This document shows, piece by piece, positions 1-13,009 of a stretch of 64,000 nt of DNA. Position 1 is the first letter of the stretch. Every line of letters starts with the position of its first letter. The notes under the pieces were generated by a model. The model saw only the letters and a program-made list of their open reading frames with translations, had not been told where the DNA came from and did not search any database. The stretch comes from Octopus sinensis (taxonomy: Eukaryota): assembly GCF_006345805.1 (NCBI RefSeq), contig NC_042999.1, positions 79,732,001 through 79,796,000 of the forward strand, in the 5' to 3' direction. The translations under genes were made by a program, and so were the position numbers.

Positions 1-1060
1 CAAACAAACCAAAGCATTCTATAGGGGATTAGTGGAGGGGAGGTACGACGACGAGCTCGGGGCGAACCTGGGCGTCGACGAGGAATACCTGACCGCCTGT
101 TTCAAACGACTTTCGGCCCGGGACCTATGGACAACTTCCAGAGATCCCTGGCCTGGCGGTGCTACCGAGAAGCGCTACCCGTTCGGGATAAGCTCTATAG
201 GCATGGCTCGAAAACACGGGGCCGACCTGCCCGAGATGCGGGCGTCGAGCGACGACGAACCGCTCTGCACGCAATCGTGCAGTGTCCAGCAATTTCCCAC
301 TGTGGGCTTATGTCGAACGACTGCCGTCACGTGTGGGACGTGTCGGTTTATCCGCCGAGTCTATCGGTAATATCGTCACGCCTCCTTCCTTTAAACGGGA
401 AGGAAGAGCTATTTTTATCATACTTGTGGCTATGGCGAAAGAATGTATCTGGGGACGCGTCTGAAAGGATTAGAGACAAACACTCCTCTCTGGTCAATCT
501 CTCATCAAACTCTTCAAGTATCACTTGAAGAAAAAAGTGAGAGTAGAGAGGCAAGTTTTGTCTAGTGAATGTTTTAAAAAAGATGGGTGAATGTAGCAAG
601 GATGGCACGTATGAATGACGAAGCCACCTTGACTATGATTCTATGAACCGTAAAAATTAATACAGAGAGTTGCTTATTTGCAAAAAAAAAAAAGAAATAT
701 AACATGTGACTTCATTGACCGAGGTTACCGTGTCTTTTCCGTAGGCTTTTCTTTCCACGGGTAAACCTCACCTGTCCTCCCCTTTACACTTCATATTGAC
801 ATTTCTGTGATAACGATCCCTATTGATCAATTTTTTTTTCTCCCCCTCCTTTTTTAAACCCCCCTTTTTTTGTCCTCCTTCTCTCCTTTTACGATCCCTT
901 TTGATCGACCCCATTTTCTATTTGATTTATTTTTTATTTTATTATATTATTATTATTTTTTTTTTTAAACCTTCAAAAGAAAAGCTCTACCTTGTAATTT
1001 GTTCTATCTGTGTGCAGCCCTGTGTGGCTAATAAAGAAACATATCTATCTATCTATCTAA
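1..1060 (+). mobile_element. 3' end of a Tx1/L1-clade non-LTR retrotransposon (frameshifted ORF2 C-terminus, 3' UTR, AATAAA, (ATCT)n tail)
   Basis: Frame-switching translation gives FQRSLAWRCYREALPVRDKL...TCPRCG...TALHAIVQCP...WAYVE...AKECIW, the zf-RVT/CCHC end of L1/Tx1 ORF2. AATAAA at 1030-1035 is followed by (ATCT)n. Visibly more GC/CpG-rich than the rest of the window. Confidence 0.8.
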
Positions 1061-1276
1061 AGGGACACTAAATTGTTCCTGGCTTTAAGAGTATCGAGAC
1101 AGGTCTCGTTGAAGACCTAACAGTCCGAGTTCCTTTATGGGGCTCAGAAAAACTGAAGGATCGCTGCAATGTATTTGAATCTGAAAGGAGAATACGTTGA
1201 ATAACATCGTAATTAACCGATCCTGCTCTATTTGCTTTTACCCACCGAAAACTAGAAACTTTTGAGGACCACTCGC

Positions 1277-1314
<38 letters not shown>

Positions 1315-1485
1315 TGCAGCATTCTGTTAATAGGGAAACTTCAATGAATCATATTGATTCATTGAAATTCAAAAGGCATACATACATTCATGCATACACA
1401 CGTACATACAAGCTTCTTCTTGAAACCCTGAAAGTGTGTACATACTTTTATATTTACATATAAAAGTTTGTGTGTTACTATGTGC

Positions 1486-1516
<31 letters not shown>

Positions 1517-2164
1517 ATATATATATATACATATGTGAGTAGGAACATTTCTGTATCTAAATCTGAGTTTCAACGTAACTAGTACTTGTATGAATGTGTT
1601 AATACATAAAAACGTAGTTTGACAATGTGTATGTCTATATAGGTTTGCATCGAGTTTCTTTTCACCGAAAAGCGCTCGCTCCCTTTTCCTCGCTTCCACT
1701 CCTCTCTCTCTACCACAATATATATGTATATAATATATGTATGTATAGACATATATATATGTACATATAAATAAATATATATATAACAATAAATATGTAT
1801 TTGCGTACATATATGTGTGCGTGTGAATGTGAGAACACAATACGCTGGCATTAAGAGTCACACCCTTATTAATAGACGTAAATTTTGATCAAAGTCAGAG
1901 ATATTCAAAGCTTTATAAACACATTTCGTTTTATTTTTATGTCATATTGATGTTGTTACGCAACGGTAGGGGTATTATATAACATTCATATGTGTATGCC
2001 AAAGTGGCATACACATATATGCTGGCACATACGAACAAATAATCATCTGTCTGTATATAATACTACGCAGAAACTCATTTACACACACATACTCAAACAA
2101 ACTCACACACACACACATGTATGTGTGTATGTACATATATATACATGTATATGTGTTTGTATAC

Positions 2165-2390
2165 ATACTTTCTTTTACTTGTTTCATTCTTATGACTGCG
2201 GCCATGCTGGAGTACCACCTCAAAGGGTTTTAGTCGAAGAAATCGACCTCAGGGCTTATTTTCTGAAAGCCTAGTACTAATTTCATCGGTCTCTTTTGCC
2301 GAACCGCTAGTTTACGGGAACATGAACACACAAGCATCGGTTGTCAAGTGATGGTGGTGGAGGAAAGGGGAAAGCAGTTACACAAGCGCG
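2165..2390 (-). mobile_element. SINE family A, 3' half
   Basis: Reverse complement matches the 3' body (ggcggtgctccagcatggccgcagtcaaatgactgaaacaagtaaaaga) of the full copies in this window. Confidence 0.85.
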
Positions 2391-2544
2391 CGCACACACA
2401 CGAAATCGGTAGGCTAATTGTGTCACTTGACTTATTCGAGGAGTCTGCGAGTGAGCCGTCCTTGATTTTTTCCTGTTCGTCTTCGCTTAGTCTATCTGTC
2501 GGATGTTTTATTGTCGTCTGTTGCGCTCTTGTTCCAATTTTTAG

Positions 2545-2580
<36 letters not shown>

Positions 2581-2581
2581 G

Positions 2582-3934
2582 CAGGGTATCCAGAAAAACA
2601 GTCCCTGATTTCAAACAGATATAACATGGACATTTATTGTAATAATCTTTCACAGTTGGTTGCTTGTGATACAGGATTTCATTCAGTTTCAATTGGTAGA
2701 GGGAGGCATTGAAGGCACTCAATATGCACCTTTGGTTACTCGGAAAACATCGATGCAGTAGTCCAGGTGCTCAGCAGCATATCTGAAGTTACCATGCGAA
2801 TTTCTTCAGTTATCAAAATTTTCAGCTCCTCCAGTGTTGCAGGTAGTGTTGGGACGCAAACTGCTCTTCACATACCCCCAAAGAAAGAAGTCACAAACAG
2901 TTAGGTCTGTCAACCTCGCAGACCACTTGCAGAACACCTGATCATCTCGTCCAGCACAACCAATCCGTCTGTTTGGCAAGTGCTCATTGAGAAATCTCTT
3001 GACAGCGAGATGCCAGCGTGGTGGAGTACCATCTTGCTGGAAAAGGTAGTCATCACCCTCAGTGGCTAGTTGTGTAAACATCCAATTGGTCAGCAACTCC
3101 AGGTAACTTTGACCAGTAACGGTTAACTCCTCAAAGAAGAAAAGGGCCATACACTGTCCTCTCTGATACGGCACAAAACACATTAACTTTTGGTGAGTCT
3201 CGCTCAATTTCCTGGGTAGCGCGCGCATTTTCAAGCCCCCGTATCCGCACGTTATGCCTATTGAATTTGCTGATTAATTGTAATATCGTCTCATCACTGA
3301 AAAGGATTTTTGACAGTAGGTTATCTTTATCTTCCATTAATTGCTGGATAGTCTCACAAAATTCAAATTGCATTCCATTATCTTTCTGGTGGAGTTTTGG
3401 ACTAGTTGCAGCTTGTAAAGGTGAAACTTTAGATGTTTGTGTGGGATCTTGCAAACTGTGTTTTGGGGGAGGTGTAACTTTCGGTTAGCTCTTCGTATTG
3501 ACTTTTTGGGGCTGTTCACAAATTTTCTTCTAACCCGATCAATAAACTTCGTCTGCGATAGATGGTCGGCCAGAATGTCCCTTTCTCTGATCACAGATAC
3601 ACCTGACTAAAATCGTTGTACCATTTCCGAATGGACTAGGGTGTAGGTGGAATCGTATGATACTTGGGTCGGAAAGCACGTTGCACGGCCACAACAATGT
3701 TTGATGTTGCAAATTCCAGTACACATCAGCTGCGTTGCTGTGGTGGTGGGGGGGGGACGACCATTTAAAAATTTCCTTGGGCTCCTCTGGTTTTCAATTC
3801 AAAGATGTCTAATCACATGAAAAAAATGAAATAACTGTTATCGGATAATAGGTTCACAACATGTTTATAAATATTTGAATTAGTTTGAATATCATAACAA
3901 CGTGAAACCAGGGACTGTTTTTGTGGATATACTG
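2582..3934 (-). mobile_element. Full-length degenerate Tc1/mariner-superfamily transposon, rosa/DD41D-like with DD46D spacing
   Basis: 32-bp TIRs match at 28/32 (cagggtatccagaaaaacagtccctgatttca vs cagtatatccacaaaaacagtccctggtttca), with TA at 3935-3936. Frameshifted transposase: ILFSDET, NRHNVRI, KVNVFCAVS, FQQDGTPP...DLTVCDFFLWGYVK. Confidence 0.9.
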
Positions 3935-3959
3935 TATACATACACACACACACACACAC

Positions 3960-4003
<44 letters not shown>

Positions 4004-4559
4004 TTTACTTTCTCATCTATTTTGCATACTTCTTCCCACTATAGCTGCTCCACACTTCCCTCCCCTATTCCTGTCACCTTAATGATTTTCCAGTGTAAGC
4101 CACTAAACAGGGTAAGAGAATAATTTCTCAGCCGAAGCCAGCCAGGGAATCATGAAGTGTCACATAACGTTGCTTCTTGGAGAGATTTTTTTGTATGAAT
4201 GTTTAATTCCTGTATATTCATCGGATTTTTTCGCTTGCTGTAATAACTCTATTCATAAAAAAAACCCAAAAAAACTCGTTATGAACCAATATCCATCTGT
4301 TGTTATATTTGTTCGTTATTCAACTTACTCGGAACCTGCAATTAACGTGGATCTGGGGTCTATTAAGTGCAGTACAATTCCTTGTTTACAGCCTTGCGAC
4401 ACGTGGAATATTCGATCGGGTGCTTGTGATCGTATATGCAACTGGAATATTAATCCGGCTGTACTTCGGTAAGTATTTATAAGTTCCTCTAATTTTGTTT
4501 TGTACACTATTCCTATTCCCTTGACCCGAACTTGCTGCGTTATTATTTAGGTACCTGAT

Positions 4560-7150
4560 TCACTCGAATCCCGAACTTCTATGTGTATGGTGATTTCTTT
4601 TCAATCTTTGGATTTTTTCCCTTTCTCCTTTCTGACGAAGAGCTAATGCATTCACTGAGCATCAAGCTGATACATTTTTCTGTGCACGTCCTGACGATCA
4701 TTTCTTTTTTTGTTTCGTTTTTCTTTTTATTCACTTACTTGAATTTTTTGTTTATTTGTCTATTTGAATTGACTGTCTATTTATCTATCCTATATCTATC
4801 TATCTATATACATATGCATATATATTATACATACTATATATATATATTATATATATATATAATATATATATATATTCCGAATTCTGTACATGTGTATAGA
4901 ACAATACATTAGTTGAATAAAATTACAACATGGTCTGGTTTTCACGTTTTTTATTACTATATTTAAAAAGAGATTCTTTACAATGTTGAAGTGTGGTAGA
5001 CATCAAAGAATATTTAGTAATGCTCATAAAGTTCAATTAGCACTTTCATACGTCCGTAGTAATAATCAGATTTCAAAATGTATTAACTGACAGTTGAGCT
5101 GTGTGCTAGACAGCTGTAGTAAAATGACTGATTCTTCATTTTTATACCTTTTAGAAGTCTCCTACTAGCAGAAATTTTCGAATTCAGTTTTGACCAATCC
5201 ATATGCACCTTAAAGGTCACGGTTTGTTGGGCGCATCGATATTACTGGTATAGATCCCGCTTTTATTTTGACCAATTAGCTTGCGTTTTACATGCAATGG
5301 TTTTATGAGTGAGCAAGCTTAGCTGTTTTTGATCGTTTTTATTTCTATCGGTAGGAGTCTTTTGTAATTTGTGTACAGATACTTTTTTAAAAAAACGCTT
5401 TTGTTTATCTTTCTTCCAACCTCACTTGTGTCATGTAGTTTGTGGAAAGGAAAAATTAGAAACATTTTTTGACCACATATACTATATGTTCGCTCAATGG
5501 AATTTGGCGAACATTAGTGTCCCAGATTTGATGTCTGTGAATTCGTAAACGTTCTGATAATATTTCACCTGTCTCATCAATACATAGTTCCTCGCAATTC
5601 CGGCATTTAATGCAGTAAATCAAATCTCTGCATTTGCAGTTCATATCTACACTTGCGAAAATCTGTCAATTTCTTGTTCTAACGGATATACTTGTATGCA
5701 TGTATTAGCACGTTCCACATCTGTTATCATTACACTTGGATGCTGTGAATGTTTTATTCTGTTTGTTCATGTTCAATTCTGCCTTTGTTAATATGTTCTT
5801 TAGGTTATGTGGTTTTGCATAAGATAAGTGTTTGATTAGCTATTATGCTTTTTAATTTTTCACTGTTTCATGATTGGAAAACTTGTTTTGATGATGTGAA
5901 AAATGTTTTGGTGATGCGGATTACGCGTTACTAAAAATGGTATTGTGTTCCGTTGATGGGTTCGTTTTTCTCGGGTTGCCTTAAGTTGTTCTATAGGTAT
6001 CTGTTGCTCGTTGTATGCTATTTTCTATAAGTAAGAATGGGTATTTCTGCTTGAGTAGAAATCCTTTGAGTTCTATAAGTCGTATTTTCCTGGTGTTTGG
6101 ATTATCTACTCATCTACTATGGTACAAATTTTCCTGGCCAGACAGTACGGGATGTTGTGTTTTGTGTGTTGGGTGGTAAGATTCGAAATTTACGTACTGG
6201 TGTGTATCTGTACTTTTGTAATAAATATCAGTTGTGTTTGTTGTGCTGTTTTTGGTTGCCATTATGTCAAGAAATGGTAATTGTGTGTTGCTCTTTTCTC
6301 TTGTGAATTTGACACTAGGGCGTAGCTTGCCGAGGAGGGTGCTGAATTCTTCCAGATTTTCTAGGGATTTCGTCCAGATTGGAAACAATTATCGAGGTGT
6401 CTTTTCCATGTGTCCTCTATATCTTCTAAATACCGTAGTTCTCTTCAATTTTTTTTTATATAGGTTTTGTTCCAAGTATCCCAATACTCATTTCGCGAAA
6501 ACTGGAGCAAATCGCATCCCTATAGCTGTGCCTCGGAATTGGAGGTAGTTTTCTCCGTTGAAAAGGAATGTATTCTTTTGAAGGGTGAAGCTGATCGCGT
6601 CTAAATCTACTGGGGATCACATCTCTATGTTTCTTGATCCAATATTTTATGGCAGTAATTCCCAAATCATGTGGAATATTCCTATATAAATTTGTTACTT
6701 CAAAAATACCTAACAGTGAATTGGATTCTGTTGTTTTGAGCTGATGTGACAGGAAGTCATCCTTCTAGAAACTGGGTATGTGACTACATAGTGGTTTTAG
6801 AATAATGTCAGTGATGTTGCTCACACGATGTGTAGGATAGGCTGGACCAGCTATAATGGGTATTACTTTAAAGTATTTTGGTTGTAGTAGTTTTATGTAT
6901 CCATTATCCTGTTCCTTTATAGCATTTTGCATTTCTTTTGACTTGTGTATTTTAGATAAGCCATAGAAGTTGCTGGATTTTAACTCAAAATTAATAATAT
7001 AATCGCTTTCATTAGAGGTGAGGGAGTTATAGTGATTTAGGATTAAATAAATGAGTTTCTTCATAACAAATTGGTCAATATTTGAGGGTATTTCACGGTA
7101 GGATGTTGTATCCATCAATTGGTCTTCAGCTAGATGCCGGTAATATTCTG
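4560..7150 (-). mobile_element. Degenerate Penelope-like element (RT + GIY-YIG endonuclease, 3' UTR)
   Basis: ORF fragments NFYGLSKIHKS...PIIAGP, KFTREKSNTQLPFLDI...DIYYKSTDTHQY (PLE RT) and CRDLIYCIKCRNCEELCIDETG...RLRIHRHQI (GIY-YIG). Many stops and frameshifts. Confidence 0.88.
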
Positions 7151-7292
7151 TTTCAATTATAATAATGGCACCCCTTTAACCACTTGTTTGATGACAGATG
7201 TGTTGTCATTTTAGGACGTATAAGGGCAGACTTTTCTAGTTTTGAAATATATATATTATATATAAGAATGCGGAAATATATGCAGTAGTGTG

Positions 7293-7376
<84 letters not shown>

Positions 7377-7497
7377 TGGCCTGCTCGCTAGAGCCAGCGA
7401 GGTGGCGTCATTTGAAGGCTAAAACAATGCAAACGCATTGTGACCAGCGATGTATAACTACATCTGATGGACTCGTCGGTCACGTGATCACGTGATA
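7377..7497 (+). mobile_element. SINE family C, 3' fragment
   Basis: Matches the 3' part of the copy at 44108-44400. Confidence 0.75.
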
Positions 7498-8114
7498 TAT
7501 ATATATATGGAATATCCTAGAAGAACCGATACCGAACTTTGGCATTGAAAGTTACACAAACAGCTGGAACAGGGCACAATTCAGAGTACCAAATATGCCA
7601 ACAGGACCAGTTATTGCAACAGCTCATGTTACGTTGGCCCCTTAGTTTCAATATCCTTCCAAAAAATACCTCAGAGGCATATCAGAGGGGGTTTCGGGCG
7701 TGTAGTGAAAGTGTAGGAATGCTAACGGCGGTGCCACAGCATGGCTACAGCTCATATGCTGAAGCTAGTAAACAAACAAAACACTTATGTGTGTAACATA
7801 GTATAATATACTATAGCATAGTATATATACTTGCGCGCACGAAGTATGGATGAATGAATGAATGGATGTAAGGATGTATGGATGAATGGAAAGATGGCTG
7901 GATGGATGGATGAATGTATATATCAGTTTGCGAGAAGGAAGTCGGCCCCAAACTTAGTATAAGGGTTATTTAAAAAATATAACACTAATCTGCAACATTA
8001 GAAATCAAGTTAACATTTATAGACAAACATATAATTCGTAAATACACTCATAGACACAGTCACATCCATATAGCAGATATACACATATACGCTCTCTCTA
8101 CACACACACGCATA

Positions 8115-8191
<77 letters not shown>

Positions 8192-8439
8192 TAAACACAT
8201 TTATCTATATATGCGTGTATATGTTTGTTGAGTGTATGTGCGTATACAGTTGTCTGTATGTAAATGTTCCCTGCAGTATGAATAACTCCCGCTGTTTTCT
8301 ACTCAAAATATGATTAGATTTATACAATGTTTGTTTTCAGTATATCTAGAGATAATAAACATTGTTTCTGAACCCCTTACTCCACATATATATATATGTG
8401 CTTGTCCTTGTTTGCAAGTATGTACGTCTCTATATGTAT

Positions 8440-8850
8440 GTAGTATGTATGTATGTATGCATGTATGTATGTATGTGTTGTATGTATGTATGTATGCATG
8501 TATGTATGTATGTATGTATGTATGTATGTAGTATGTATGATGTATGTATGTATGTATGTATGTATGTATGTATGCATTATGTATGTAATGTATGTATGTA
8601 GTATGTATGTATGTATGTATGTATGTATGTATGTAGTATGTATGTTGTATGTATGTATGTGATGGTATGTATGTATGTATGTATGTATGTATGTATAGGT
8701 ATGTAGTATGTATGTATGTGATGTATGTATGTATGTATGTATGTGTATGTATGTATGTATGTATGTTGTATGTATGTATGTATGTATGTAGTATGTATGT
8801 ATGTATGTATGCATGCATGTATGTATGTATGTATGTATGCATGCATGTAT
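8440..8850. repeat. Long (TATG)n microsatellite array
   Basis: Seen directly. Explains the overlapping MYVC/HTYI ORFs. Confidence 0.98.
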
Positions 8851-9026
8851 GTATTTGTATATGTATGTACATGTACGTACGTATATATGTGTATGCTTGT
8901 CTTTGTGTATATGCATTGTCACGTTCATATATGTACTGGTGTATTCATGCATGTTCATGTATATGGACGTATATCCAGGTATGTATACCTGTATATGCAT
9001 GTTTAAATATACATAGATATATAAGT

Positions 9027-9174
9027 GCAGGCGTGGCTGGGTGGCAACCACATGGTTCCATGTTCAGTCCCACCGCGTGGCCCCTAGGGCAAGTGTCTAC
9101 TACTCTAGCCTCGGTCTGACCAAAGCCTTGTCAGTGGATTTTGGTAGACAGAAACTGAAAGAAGCCCGTCGTGG

Positions 9175-9210
<36 letters not shown>

Positions 9211-9482
9211 GGTGTGTGTGTGTGTGGGTGGGTTGTGTGTGTGTGTGGGTGTGTGTTTGTGCATGTGTGTATGTGTGTGTGTCTGTGTTTGTTCCCCCAC
9301 CATCGCTTGAGAACTGATGCTGGTATGTTCACGTCCCTGTAACCTAGCGGTTTGGTAAAAAAGACCGATAGAATAAGTACTACGCTCACAAAGAAGTGTT
9401 GGGGTTGATTTGCTCGACTAAAGGCCGTGCTCCAGCAGAGTTGCAGTCAAATGACTGAAACAAAATAAAATGAAAAAGAAAA
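9027..9482 (+). mobile_element. SINE family A, full copy (tRNA-derived head, internal (TA)n/(TG)n)
   Basis: Head gcaggcgtggctgggtgg...gttcagtccc (Pol III A/B-box-like), then ccctagggcaagtgtc and the conserved 3' body. Recurs many times in the window. Confidence 0.9.
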
Positions 9483-9563
9483 GATATGTTTATCCAGACA
9501 GGTTAATGCATATGCACGTTTGTATATTTATTCTATGAATGTCTCTATGTTTGTCTATATATA

Positions 9564-9798
9564 CAAGGTGGCCCAAAAGTAGGTTAAAAGTTATTCAACT
9601 ATCACTTTCGCATTCATATATTAACAGTTTAGATCTTAATTATAAAAAAAGGAAACCATTATTCTATGCTAATTTAATTAATTTTGTCAAGCTACCTTTT
9701 CAGTTTGTAAGATAGAAATTTAAATGTAAAGAAATGTTTAAAACAAATTTAAAGTGCCTACGTGATAAACTGTTAAACGCAATTTTGGGGCCACCTTG
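9564..9798. mobile_element. 235-bp Tc1/mariner-type MITE
   Basis: TIRs caaggtggcccaaaa / ttttggggccaccttg, TA on both sides, no coding capacity. Confidence 0.8.
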
Positions 9799-9856
9799 TA
9801 TATTCTATATATATATATATATATATATCTATATATATATATATATATATATATAT

Positions 9857-10712
9857 GATATATTAATAAATAAAACATATGTATATATATATATACATAT
9901 ATGTACGTACCAACTTCTACATGTATATATACACGCATATATGGATACAGGACACCAAAAAAAAAAAAACGTCGAACAGAATGAGAAACGAAAACATAAG
10001 CACAAAACCAATGAACTGGACATTTTTCTTAAACAACAAACAAATAGAGTACAGGACAAATGACACAAGGAAAATCCCCCTTCTTCAGTCGCCATGGTTT
10101 CATCTACTCTGCGTTTCGAAAGTGAAGGCGATTCGCATCTTCGATAGAAACTTTCCTTCCTGCAAAAAGCAAATCAAATAAAATTTGAGATCTTTTTGCG
10201 GAGGGGTAAAAATGGTAACAAAAACAGGACAGTAACGACAGTACAAAAGTAATAAACAGTAAAAAGACAGGACAGGAGACAAGGAGAATAACAAGACAAG
10301 AAGGTGTTAAGCCCGAACGAAAAAAAAGTACGAACGCTATTATTGAGGACGGCGAAGGAGCAAAGAAAAATGCAGTCCACACTTCAGGGAAGTGAGGCCA
10401 GATAGACAGTGGCACAAAGCTCCCGTCGCAGCGTGGTAGGTTAGCGGCGGGAGGGAGGAGGAGGAGTAAAAGAAAGGGAGAGAAAAAGGGGAATGGTTGT
10501 GAGGAAACCAGAAAGAATGAAGAATGAGAGAGAGGGAGAGAGAGAGAGAGAGAGAGAGTGAAAAATGTCCAGTTCCTTGGTTTTGTGTTTATGTTTTCGT
10601 TTCTCATTGTGTTTTTTTGGTGTGCTGTACCCATATATGCGTGTATATATACATGTAGAGGTTGGTACGTACATATATGTATATATATGCATATGTTTTA
10701 TTCATTAATATA
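9857..10712. mobile_element. Non-coding PLE terminal-repeat-like element with ~160-bp inverted arms
   Basis: About 9857-10027 is the reverse complement of about 10560-10712. A related fragment lies at about 14090-14310. Confidence 0.6.
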
Positions 10713-10774
10713 TTATATGACGGAACGCACGCATCCATTTCTAAGTAAGATTGTTCTTCTATATATATAATATA

Positions 10775-10822
<48 letters not shown>

Positions 10823-10823
<1 letters not shown>

Positions 10824-10950
10824 TGGATAAATAGTACTCGAATACCGGAGGGTAGAGTAATTTAGAGCATTATTAAGCTGCAAAAAACATCACAAAGAAT
10901 AAAAAAAATGCTATCAAGTCTCACGTTCCCATTCGTTGCACAGTTTTGAC
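10823..10950 (-). mobile_element. HHR-bearing repeat module, degenerate copy A
   Basis: Homologous to 41578-41725 and 49083-49255. HHR core decayed (GCAACGA...GAGA). Confidence 0.7.
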
Positions 10951-11728
10951 TGAGAATAGAACAAAATTAAGGTTATATGTATAAATATACTATTTACATT
11001 GATAATTAAATTTGAAATTGGTTTCGTTTCATTGGTCCTTTCAACAAACGGGTTTTCCTATGAAACAGTGTTGTACATAACGGGTTTAAAAATCATATAA
11101 TGTAAAATCGAAGAAAACCTTAATGAAATAATGAAAAAATAATTTTAGATAAATTAATTAATGTTCAAATAAATTTAATTAGAATAAATGTAAGTCTGTT
11201 TATAATAATATTCACTTACAGAAATAGTATAAAATTAAAAAAACACGTTATTCACATTCAAATAACATCCCCTTATGCATAAACACCAAAGACATAAAGA
11301 TACAAATGTACACTAAAATACAAACGTTGATACACGCATACGTACATATATAAACATATAGAGGCAAAATATAAAAATGAATATATATACTAATGTATAT
11401 ACAAACTATTAATATATATATTAATGTATATACGAAATATTAATATATATACTAATGTATATACGAAATATAAATATGAATATATATATATATACTAATG
11501 AACGAAGCACGACTGTTTTCTAGTCGTACTAGTTGAATGAGTATATTACCCGGCCGATAAGGACTTACAAATATATCCTTATAACTGCATTATTTTTATT
11601 CGTATTGCATCCATTAACCATGAGCAAACTTAAACTTTGAAATATACGTTTCGTTTACCACTGGTTTACTTAAGCAACGATATACTTTCTTGAAAACACT
11701 TTTTTTAATCTATCATTCTTTGTACCAG

Positions 11729-11849
11729 GTACTGAATTTTGCCCAGAAGTCGAGATGGCCACCGATGTCAAATTAAGATTTCAAATTACGATATCTGCTA
11801 TGACTACTGAGGAGACATGGGAATCTCATGTGGCTTTGGCAATGCAGTG
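11729..11849 (+). other. Candidate internal exon (121 nt)
   Basis: Polypyrimidine tract + CAG acceptor (11727-28), GTAAGT donor (11850). One open frame (TEFCPEVEMATDVKLRFQITISAMTTEETWESHVALAMQ). Product not recognised. Confidence 0.5.
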
Positions 11850-12968
11850 GTAAGTTACTTTTCACTTCTTTGTGAGCCTCTGTGATGTATTTGGTTATGC
11901 TGGTGCGTGCCCTGTGTACAAAAATCTGTCAGGCTTTCGTACTTTCGGCAAAATGATTCATATTTTGAAAGTAAAAGTTTGTGAAAGATGGCACCCTTTC
12001 TTCATATCTACATTTGCAGTAATGTCTGCATGTATAGTTAGTCATACAATTTCTTTTCAGTATATCTAAATTCAATATTAACTGTTCTTGTTCTCTTTTT
12101 GTAGTTACGATTAATATTTTGCGTGTTATTTCTTCGTGTACTTTCTGTAGATAGAGACTCCAAACTTTGAGATGCTGTCTATTATATTTTGATAGAGCTG
12201 TTAGAAATACCAACCAAATCTCATATAAACCGCTCTTTGTCTTCCAATAAAATAGAGGCCACGTTAAATGATATATTCCCGGATGCCCTTTGACAGATGG
12301 GATCGACACGGCTGGAAGAATTGTTCGATTTTGGTTGACGAAGTTTGAGCATTAACAATAAAGCAACAAGAGTCACAAACTTTTTATTAGAGCAGACATT
12401 TTACGTTTACTTCTAAGTCAAACACCAATGTAACAACAGCAACAACAATAAAAATCAAAGAAACAAAAGAAAAAGAGCAAAAGCAACGTCAACATGCAAT
12501 AATGTTATCGGCCAAAAAAATAATAAATAAATAAATACGAGAAAAACGATCACAACAATAATGCTAAGATTTTTTTTTAAACCCTGATGGCTACGTATCA
12601 GCTGATCAGCAGAAATAACAAATATCCAGGGCCTTTCAAAACATATGACTGACATTAATGGAGATTCCGCCTTGCTGTCACAATAGCTCAACAATTCACT
12701 GTACAGCGCAAGGGAAAATGTTTTTAGCTGTTGTTTTATAAAGTGATATTAAATAGCGCTTGCAAATTCAATTATATTAACAGTAAAACAAACAAGAAAT
12801 CACACAAACATACAATCCACATCTACACCTACAAACATCACTCACACATACGTACAAATGGAGACGCGTATATATCTAAACATAATTTAAAAAATTTAAG
12901 ATATATTGCATATGTATAAATTACATGCAATATCTTTATATATATGTTCGTATTTATACATCTGTTTA

Positions 12969-13009
<41 letters not shown>

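Noticed and set aside
1068-1280. Complex sequence next to the Tx1 tail
   Set aside because: No frame gave a recognisable motif. Left unannotated.
4300-4482. Hydrophobic ORF ending at a GTAAGT donor
   Set aside because: No acceptor AG with a pyrimidine tract upstream and no homology recognised.
8303-9119. Long ORFs up to 224 aa (also 37263-38698, 43351-43954, 48390-50357 and others)
   Set aside because: Translations of (TA)n, (TG)n and (TATG)n microsatellites, which lack stops by construction.
11780-11849. Alternative exon frame with a single in-frame TGA (selenocysteine or editing readthrough)
   Set aside because: No SECIS or other support, and another frame is fully open.
11929-12309. 126-aa minus-strand ORF
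   Set aside because: No recognisable domain or clear splice/start context. Cannot be supported.
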